Below, one piece after another: positions 57,106-64,000 of a stretch of DNA of 64,000 nt (position 1 is the first letter of the stretch; each line of letters opens with the position of its first letter). A program made the translations under genes and the position numbers. Location: positions 1,894-65,893 of IMG/VR virus record IMGVR_UViG_3300026121_000002; one strand, given 5' to 3'. The stretch comes from a virus (lineage: Duplodnaviria; Caudoviricetes). The notes beneath the pieces were generated by a model. The model was not told where the DNA came from and ran no database searches. It saw only the letters and a program-made list of their open reading frames with translations.

Positions 57106-57803
57106 CAGCCTTCCCCATCGATGCTGAAGGTTCCCCAGCCCATGCCCGTGAGTGACTTCTTGCTGTCTGGCCGCCCCTCGCCGACACCGACCTGCATGCC
57201 CGCGCGCATGAGCAGATTGGCGACGTCGGTGGCGGTGAACTGATCGGCGTCGTAGCGGACGCGCAAGTTACAAGCCCACTCGCGCCACATCGGACGCGAG
57301 CGGATGTCGACCACGCCGGTCTCATTGCGCACGTGCGCGGTGTGCTGCTCGGGCGTGCCCTCGATCTTCACGATGGGCGAGCCGTCCTCGTCGAGGCCGT
57401 CGGCGAGGACGAAGAGAGAGAGCTTGGCGCGCGTCATCTGAAAGCCCACCAGGCGGCAGGCCGAGATCATCGCGGCGCGGAAGCTCGCCGCCGGGATGCC
57501 GCACCAGCCCTCGGGAGCCTTGTGCTTGGCATTCTCGAACAGCGCCTCGAAGTCCTTCGGAGCGCGGGCCTTCTTCTTGTTGGTGCCGCCCTCTTGCTGC
57601 GCGGCGATCATCGCGCCCTTGTTCCAGAACCGGTTCTGCACATAGGGCGCACTGCCCACGATGCGAAACTCGGCGACCCGGATATCCGGCGCGGCGATGG
57701 TGATGCGCTGTTCTGGCGATGCGCTCGCCGCCGACTGCTTCGATGTGCCTTGCTTGGGCGTCTTGAGCTTGGGCGTGTCTGTCGTCTCTGTTGATTTGGC
57801 CAC
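57105..57803 (-). CDS. stand-alone RAMP/Cas7-like protein
   Basis: GTG start with G-rich ribosome-binding site; FRIVGSAPY first strand, GIPAASFRAAM, C-terminal Gly-rich loop AGMQVGVGEGRP...GMGWGTF. Confidence 0.75.
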   Translation of the reverse strand: MAKSTETTDTPKLKTPKQGTSKQSAASASPEQRITIAAPDIRVAEFRIVGSAPYVQNRFWNKGAMIAAQQEGGTNKKKARAPKDFEALFENAKHKAPEGWCGIPAASFRAAMISACRLVGFQMTRAKLSLFVLADGLDEDGSPIVKIEGTPEQHTAHVRNETGVVDIRSRPMWREWACNLRVRYDADQFTATDVANLLMRAGMQVGVGEGRPDSKKSLTGMGWGTFSIDGEG

Positions 57804-57905
57804 GTGTCTTCCCCCCCTGATGATGTTGTGTCTGCAGACTCGCCAACGGCTCGAGTCGATGATCATGGTGTCGCTCAGCTCTCTTACCTGGCTCCGCGCG
57901 AGCAG

Positions 57906-58673
57906 TTACTCTGCAGCTGCTTGACTCGGTGCCCAGCCGCGGCGGTGTCGATTGCGCAGCACGCTTCCGACCAGCACCCCGATGCCTTCCTCGATGCTAA
58001 GCGCTGGGCAGTGCATCGAAAACGTGGCGTCGTCGCCGCAGTCCCATGAGTTCTCTCCCTTGCCGGGAAAAGGGATCTGCTCGCCCTCAAGCATGTCGAT
58101 GTCGACGTGCGTCCGCGCCCGATCGAAGGCGCGTGGCAGGCGTGTGAGGCCCCAGCGCGAACGCGTGAGCTTGGCGCGTGCTCGATAGCTACGCTCTGTC
58201 ATCGGCACCAGCACATCGCGCTCTTCGAGCACTTCCACCTTGCCCTGCCTCATGTGAAAGCCGAGCGGGTGCCAACTGCCGTCCACCCTTCGCGGCGTCG
58301 AAGATGACCAACTGTTCATCGGCGCGAACAGCTTCCAGTACAGCGCCGAGTCGTGGATCGATATGTCCAGCGCTCGACTCGGTCCGCGCCAGCACATGTT
58401 GAGCAAATCGATCGAGAGCCAGAACTGCGCGACCAGTGGCACCTGCACGCCCAGCGTGACGGTGTGCTCATCCTCCAACCAGACGTGCAACCCGCACGCG
58501 CCGCTACGCAAGTGGTACTCGAGACGGAGGCCCAGCGGTGCCCTGTCGTCTGTCCACACGGAAGCCGACAGAGCCCCCTCGCGAGCGCTGTCCTTGCAAT
58601 GACGCGCGCGCCACTCAAGCCCGTGCCACACGCGTGCCCAACTCCACTCATCCGCGAATCTGGTCATGTCCAT
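57906..58673 (-). CDS. hypothetical Trp-rich phage protein
   Basis: Long ORF with GGAGG ribosome-binding site. Confidence 0.6.
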   Translation of the reverse strand: MDMTRFADEWSWARVWHGLEWRARHCKDSAREGALSASVWTDDRAPLGLRLEYHLRSGACGLHVWLEDEHTVTLGVQVPLVAQFWLSIDLLNMCWRGPSRALDISIHDSALYWKLFAPMNSWSSSTPRRVDGSWHPLGFHMRQGKVEVLEERDVLVPMTERSYRARAKLTRSRWGLTRLPRAFDRARTHVDIDMLEGEQIPFPGKGENSWDCGDDATFSMHCPALSIEEGIGVLVGSVLRNRHRRGWAPSQAAAE

Positions 58674-58984
58674 CCCTCCAGCGTCCGAAACTCCACCGGC
58701 CGCCCCTTGCAGTGCGCGTCCTCGATGCCCCTCCGCATGCCGCGCGAGACACCTAAGTCGGTGTAGACGACGGACTTCTCGAGGCGCGCTCCGAGCGCCA
58801 GGCCCGCGAGGATGCCGAGCTCGCGATCGTCCGGCTCACCGTCGTCGAGCACCTGGGTAAAGAGGAGATGGCTCGCAAACGGGGCCTCGCCACGCCGCAG
58901 ACAGTCGAGCATGCAAGCGCGCGCATAGGCCGTGTTGCGCTCGACGTCGCCGGCGAGCGGGGATTCGAGGATGACGGTGATCAT
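58664..58984 (-). CDS. nucleoside-deoxyribosyltransferase-like small protein
   Basis: VILESPLAGDVERN..YAR, PFASHL and GVSRGM pattern. Confidence 0.65.
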   Translation of the reverse strand: MITVILESPLAGDVERNTAYARACMLDCLRRGEAPFASHLLFTQVLDDGEPDDRELGILAGLALGARLEKSVVYTDLGVSRGMRRGIEDAHCKGRPVEFRTLEGWT

Positions 58985-59259
58985 TGGCGACTCCGTTCGC
59001 GAGGGTCCAGTCCGAGCAGCAAGTCCCACATCGCGACCATCGCGCCGTTCTTGGTGAAGCCGTGCTCTTCGATGAATGCACTTTCGAGGACGTGCGCTCG
59101 CGCTACGTAGCCGCCATTCGGATCGACCCAGACTGAGAGGCTCTTGCAGCTGCCAAAAACGCGGCGAGCTTCGCCCTTGAGCCGGACGAGGGTGACGGTG
59201 CGTCCCTTCAGGCGCTCTCGCTCCAGGACGCGCCCGTGGCTGAGTAGCGTCTTACCCAT
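58981..59259 (-). CDS. hypothetical protein
   Basis: Coupled ORF. Confidence 0.5.
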   Translation of the reverse strand: MGKTLLSHGRVLERERLKGRTVTLVRLKGEARRVFGSCKSLSVWVDPNGGYVARAHVLESAFIEEHGFTKNGAMVAMWDLLLGLDPRERSRQ

Positions 59260-60040
59260 GCGCCACCACCTTTCGATCTGCAGACTCGACGCGCTTGAAG
59301 CTCAGCACCCAGACCCACGGGTTGCTCGACCAGGGCGCGCGCTTGGCGTTGAGCGAGTCCCAGAGCGCTCGATAGGACTCGACGGCAATGCGATCGCTCT
59401 TCGCAAAATGGGGCTCCTCCTCGCGCCAGTTCTGAAAGAACTCGCCGTCTGTCAGGTAGTTGGGCGCGATGAGTGCAGCGTCCCAGACGTCCAGAGGGAT
59501 GCCCTCCGCGCGCGCGTCCGCTTCACTGATGTCCTGCAGCCGCTCGACGCGCACGTCGGTGATCTCAAGCGTCAGGCGCGAGGCCCAGCGGGGCATGTGT
59601 AACGACGGGCGCCACTTTGGGCAGCTCGAGTCCGTCTCTGACGCGGGGCAGTCTGGCCACTCGCCGGGGTAGCGCTTACCGGGATGGTCGGCGCGATACT
59701 CGACTTCATTCTCGCGAATGTCGTCAGGCTCGTATTCGCCAGGCCAGATCAACGCGAACGTCTCGCGCACCCACAGCCGATCGCCAGGCACGCCGAACGG
59801 CGACCAGCGGTCTGCACACCGTGGCCAGGGTGTGCAGAACGTTCCGCGCCAGCGCCAAACCGCTGGCTCGTCCTTAGGAATTAGCCCGACATCCATCGCT
59901 GCATGGAACGAGCGCGATGTCGCAGCATCCATGATGGCCAGTTGAGGCTGTGGGGACAGCAGCCGGCGAGTCTGCGTCTTCGCGCCAGCCAAAATCGCAC
60001 GGATCATCGGCGCCGCGAACAAGATGGGCCGTTCACGCAT
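59252..60040 (-). CDS. ASCH/PUA-like phage protein
   Basis: ERPILF..MIRAILAG.KTQTRR, PGDRLWVRET, WRPSLHMPRWASR, VERLQDISE and NPWVWV. Confidence 0.85.
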   Translation of the reverse strand: MRERPILFAAPMIRAILAGAKTQTRRLLSPQPQLAIMDAATSRSFHAAMDVGLIPKDEPAVWRWRGTFCTPWPRCADRWSPFGVPGDRLWVRETFALIWPGEYEPDDIRENEVEYRADHPGKRYPGEWPDCPASETDSSCPKWRPSLHMPRWASRLTLEITDVRVERLQDISEADARAEGIPLDVWDAALIAPNYLTDGEFFQNWREEEPHFAKSDRIAVESYRALWDSLNAKRAPWSSNPWVWVLSFKRVESADRKVVAHG

Positions 60041-60227
60041 CTCGCACCTCGCGGTACCGACGCCCGTACCTGCTCGCCAGTCTCATCGCGCGGTCACACG
60101 CGTCCACGATCGTGCGGCACCTCTTGCATGTGACCTCGCCGAGCTCACGCGTGACGATGCCCCGCTCGGTACCGCAGCACGGCCGGCCGTAGAGGAGATC
60201 AGCGAAGTGGAGCTTGAGATGGGTCAT
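60033..60227 (-). CDS. small zinc-ribbon protein
   Basis: H...CG...EVTCKRC. Confidence 0.55.
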   Translation of the reverse strand: MTHLKLHFADLLYGRPCCGTERGIVTRELGEVTCKRCRTIVDACDRAMRLASRYGRRYREVRDA

Positions 60228-60415
60228 CGTTGACACTCCGCGCGGGCGAGCTCGAGCTCGTTCATCCACGCCATGAATGAATCGCCGCAGCTTGGGCAGA
60301 GGTCGACGCGGCCGCGCGGCGAGCGCTTGGCGATAACGAACCGCAGCGAGACCAGCACGATGGGTTCGCCCTCGATCGGGTCGCCGCAGCGGTCGCACTG
60401 ATACTGCGCAGTCAT
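60224..60415 (-). CDS. small zinc-finger protein
   Basis: YQCDRCG...DLCPSC. Confidence 0.6.
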   Translation of the reverse strand: MTAQYQCDRCGDPIEGEPIVLVSLRFVIAKRSPRGRVDLCPSCGDSFMAWMNELELARAECQR

Positions 60416-61979
60416 CGTGGCATCTCCAGTTGCGCACACTCCGCAGTCGATCGGCCGGCCTTGAGGCAGACCTGCCGCGTTTCATTGTCCTGTCGATTGC
60501 AGGTCGCGCGAGAGGTGCCGATCACGCCCACGAATGCGACCATCCCGAAGACGGCGATCAGGAGCTGCAGCGTGCCGTTCGTCTCTTTACTGAGCGCCAT
60601 CAGTTCCTCCCTACGCGAGACGGTGGCGGCGGTGGTAGCGGCCAGTCTCGAGCCGTCCAGCACTCCCAGCAATCGACACAGACCTGGTCAATAGGAATGG
60701 ACCCCATGCGAGCGTAGGTCGCCCAGACGTGACCAAGTAGGAGGCAGCGAAAGCTCATAACGCGATCTCCTGCGCCGTCTTCATGGCCAGCTCTCGCGCC
60801 TGCTCTCCTGCGAGCACCGTGATGTGGTGGAGCGCCATGGCCGTATAGAGGATGGCAGCCGCCATCGGCTCAACGGTTGGACTCAGCACCGCCTCTGACG
60901 CTCGAATGAGCAGCTCAATCGCCTTCTGACGCCGCCACTCTCGTTCCTTGTACAGCATCACGCGCGCTCCTTCCCGCGCCGTCGCTCGGCACTGCGAGCG
61001 CGCTTGGCGGCCCACTCGATCCAATGCCAGGGCTCGTCACCGGGCCGGAAGAGTCGCTCGGCACTGCGCGCGCAGACCATGCACAGGCCAAGGTAGTCAG
61101 CGCAGGGATTGGTGCGGTCGAGACAGCTGCGGTCCTGGCAGACGATGCACTTCATGGCCGCTCTCCCGGCTCGAGCTCGTCGGCGTGATCGGCGTCGCAG
61201 ACAGGGCAGAGCACGCCGCCAGCGCCCGCTCCTGAGTAATAGGCAAGCGTGGCGCCGCACTCGCAGCGGCCTTCCTTCGCCGCAACTGGCAACCGTGCCT
61301 CCACCGCAGACCGCGGCTCGCAGTTGTCAGCTATCCACTTCAGGGTGCCCGGCTTGAGCGGCCCGCCGCGGTACCAGGCGCCCACCGCGCACGCGCCTCC
61401 TTTGGGCAGATGCTGGAACGAGATGGTGCTGACACCAGCTGCCATCAGCTCGCGCTCGACAAGCTCGTAGGCACGGCGGCGAAACTCTGCATGCGCCTTG
61501 TGGGCGAAGTCGTCGCATGCCTTCGCCGAAGCCGCGACCTTGGGGTCCTCGCGCGCGAGCTGGTCGAGGTCGGCCTGAAGCGAGGTCCGCTTCCCTTTGC
61601 TCACTGTGCACCGCCTTTCGCAGCTTCGAGCAGCTGCAACGCAAGCGACCTGTAGCAGCGCTCGCCAGTGAGAACGGCTGCGCGCACATAGGGGATGCTT
61701 TGATCGTACTTCTCGTACTTGGGGATGCGCTTGGCCTCGGCCAGCCACTCTTCCGCGAGCTCGGTGGCCCAACTCGGCGGCTCACCCGCGAGCACACGGA
61801 GAGCGGCTTCGATCGCGTCGAGGGCGCGCGGCCCTTCGAACATCATCATGTTGTGCTGCCCATCTGTCAGGACAGCTGCCCCTCGCCCGAGGGTATAGAC
61901 GCCGGGCAAATGGTGTTCGTCGGTGAGGTAGACGCGCTGTGCCAACTCGGTCAGCCGCGCGGTGCGCTCGTCTGCCGAC

Positions 61980-62168
61980 TCAGCCACGCGACACCTCCTT
62001 CGGCAACGCGCGCTCTCCCACCGGGAACCAGCCGCGACATGTCTTGCACGTGACTTCCGCGTTGATGCTGGTGAGGCGGGCGATCTTCTTGCTGCGCGAA
62101 CTCGAACCAGCGCCACACATTGCGCGCCCATCGCCGGGATGACGCTTGTGAACCTTCGGCTCACTCAT
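61980..62168 (-). CDS. small zinc-ribbon protein
   Basis: H...MCG...EVTCKTC. Confidence 0.55.
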   Translation of the reverse strand: MSEPKVHKRHPGDGRAMCGAGSSSRSKKIARLTSINAEVTCKTCRGWFPVGERALPKEVSRG

Positions 62169-63081
62169 GGCCGTCTCCTGCCAAGCGCACCAGCTCGTCG
62201 AGGGCGGCCCTGCGGTCTTCTGCACGCGGAGCCGTATTGATCAGCTTCCGCAGCTCCCTAGCCCGCTCGCCATCCTTCGCGCGAATCTGTTCGCTAACGT
62301 CAGCCGTGAGCTGAATCCAAGCTTCGTCAGTCGAGGCGTCGAGCGCGATCCGCAGCTCGGCGGCACACCTGGAGAGATCCGGCTTCTGTTGTTTGCGGCG
62401 GCGCTCATCCCAGTAATCGGGAAGCTGAGAGATGTCCGTAGGCGCGTCTGGCTGGGGCTCGGCGGGCGCCAGGACGAGCGGCAGGTCGCCTATCGCTGCT
62501 GCGGCGAGCAAGTCGCTCGCATACGTCTCCGCGTCTCGAACAGCGTGGTAGTTGCCAGCCTGTTCGCCCTCCCAACGAGAGGCGAGGTCGACGGCCCAGC
62601 GTGGTGGTTTCGGCGTGGAGATGTCAGGCTGGGGCTCGGCGGGGGCCAGGACGAGCGGGGCGAAGGTTGCGCAGTGCAGTAGTTCGGCCGCGCACTGGTT
62701 GTAGAAGCCACGGGGGTTGCCCTCAAAGTAGCGAGTGTCGAGAGGACGCGTGGCCCAGTCCTCTGCAAGCGCGATGAGCGCGCGGCGCATCGCTGAGTCG
62801 TGCATGGGCACGCTGGCCGCCTCGATTTCGGCGCGATAGGCAGCGATGGTATCGACCGGTGAGCCGACGCGCATCATGGCGTCGCTGCGGAGCTTGTTAG
62901 CGACCTCCTTGTCCCGTGCCGTGGGCTTGCTCGATGGCTCGTGCTGCTGCTGCGCGGGCACGCTGGCGGCGGCGAGCATCAGCCGCACTATGCGATTGTC
63001 CTCGCGAAGGGTCGCACGCGCCTGGTGAAGGACTGCAAGCGCCGCCTCGACCTGCGCGTCGCTGTATTGATCACTGGTCAT
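62161..63081 (-). CDS. modular hypothetical early protein with internal linker repeats
   Basis: PLVLAPAEPQPD twice and AASVP twice. Confidence 0.6.
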   Translation of the reverse strand: MTSDQYSDAQVEAALAVLHQARATLREDNRIVRLMLAAASVPAQQQHEPSSKPTARDKEVANKLRSDAMMRVGSPVDTIAAYRAEIEAASVPMHDSAMRRALIALAEDWATRPLDTRYFEGNPRGFYNQCAAELLHCATFAPLVLAPAEPQPDISTPKPPRWAVDLASRWEGEQAGNYHAVRDAETYASDLLAAAAIGDLPLVLAPAEPQPDAPTDISQLPDYWDERRRKQQKPDLSRCAAELRIALDASTDEAWIQLTADVSEQIRAKDGERARELRKLINTAPRAEDRRAALDELVRLAGDGHE

Positions 63082-63360
63082 GGTGTACCGAGGCCTTGAT
63101 CTTGAGTTCCAGAATGCGCTCGTCGAGCTTGCTGGCACGGGCAGCGAAGAAGAAGATCCCCGGCAGAAGCACGAATACCAGTACGCCAGAGAGCGCGAAG
63201 AGGACGCGGTTACAGATCGCGCGGTCTGCGCCCGTGAGCCCCGTAATGCAGTTGCCGGACAGCAGGATGGCTACGACATGCGAGGCGACGCCCAGCCGGA
63301 TGAGCCATCCTGAGCATTCGCGAAGCTTGACGCGCAGCCTTGCCAGTTCGTCGGGGGCGG

Positions 63361-63594
63361 TCATGGGATCTCCTTGCGCAGCTTTGCCACCAAGTCAGCA
63401 AGGTCGAGCCCCTGGTGATCGGTGCCATTCAGCCAGTGGTCGATCTCGTCCAGCAACAGCCCGCGCTCGGCCGCGATCACGCTCTGCACCTGAGCGTTCA
63501 GGGCCTCCACTTCAGTGCCGGTGAAGTCGTGATCAACCAGGCTCATCAGCTCCGCGACAGCCTCGTCGCAGTGGTCGCACTCGCGCGCGGTCAC
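63361..63594 (-). CDS. hypothetical protein
   Basis: Coupled ORF. Confidence 0.5.
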   Translation of the reverse strand: MTARECDHCDEAVAELMSLVDHDFTGTEVEALNAQVQSVIAAERGLLLDEIDHWLNGTDHQGLDLADLVAKLRKEIP

Positions 63595-63851
63595 GGCCCA
63601 CCGCCTGCCAAGCAGACCAACTCATGCAGCGCCTCCCAGGCCGGGCCAGCTAGACGCTCCCCCCGCAGGATGGTGTCTCGCAGCTGGTGGACCCGCGTGC
63701 GCTGCTCGGTCCGCGTCACACTCGCTGCCGCTGCGAGGGCGGCGCGCATCCTTTCGGAGTTACTGTCGCGCATTGCGACGCCCTCAAAAGCGGCGGGCCA
63801 GTTTTTGAACCATACCTCGAGCGCCGCATCGACCTGCTCGTCGCTAATCAT
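63591..63851 (-). CDS. hypothetical protein
   Basis: MISDEQVDAALEVWF; coupled ORF. Confidence 0.55.
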   Translation of the reverse strand: MISDEQVDAALEVWFKNWPAAFEGVAMRDSNSERMRAALAAAASVTRTEQRTRVHQLRDTILRGERLAGPAWEALHELVCLAGGGP

Positions 63852-64000
63852 GGTGTCCCCTTCGAGTTGGACATCAAGACCGAAGTGGCGATCTCGTCGA
63901 GCGGTGTGAAACGTGGACGCATCACGCCGTCAGCCCACTGCACGCGCTCGTGGAACATGACCCACGGCCGCACCCAGACAGAGCCGAGCTGATGCGAGAT
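63848..64000 (-). CDS. DUF1653-like protein, C-terminal part (partial)
   Basis: Manual translation ...GSVWVRPWVMFHERVQWADGVMRPRF... Confidence 0.65.
   Translation of the reverse strand: MSHQLGSVWVRPWVMFHERVQWADGVMRPRFTPLDEIATSVLMSNSKGTP

Overview
The window is nearly all of a GC-rich temperate phage genome; no host housekeeping genes were recognised. In order it contains: a leftward early recombination module (RecD2-like helicase split into two genes, SSB-like protein, PD-(D/E)XK nuclease); a lambda-like CI/Cro switch with five AGACA-N5-TGTCT-like operators; a P4-type primase-helicase with an iteron-like array in its 3' end; a RuvC-like nuclease, DHH phosphoesterase and hicAB; a lambda-type head (GpA terminase carrying a class-3-type LAGLIDADG intein, portal, S49 protease, decoration protein, capsid E); a Mu-type contractile tail with a -1 frameshift chaperone; a holin; a moron region; an apparently intact attP with int and xis; and many small early genes. 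The most striking element lies just upstream of xis/int on the minus strand. A stand-alone RAMP/Cas7-like gene (57105-57803) and a coupled partner gene (56194-57105) are followed by a non-coding array of about 670 bp (55526-56187). The array is built of GGY-NN pentamers, punctuated into 14 units by GGCAGG-type 4-nt steps. I infer a phage-encoded, non-CRISPR RNA-guided system in which the variable dinucleotides carry the targeting information. All calls were made by eye from motifs and synteny; no database searches were run.
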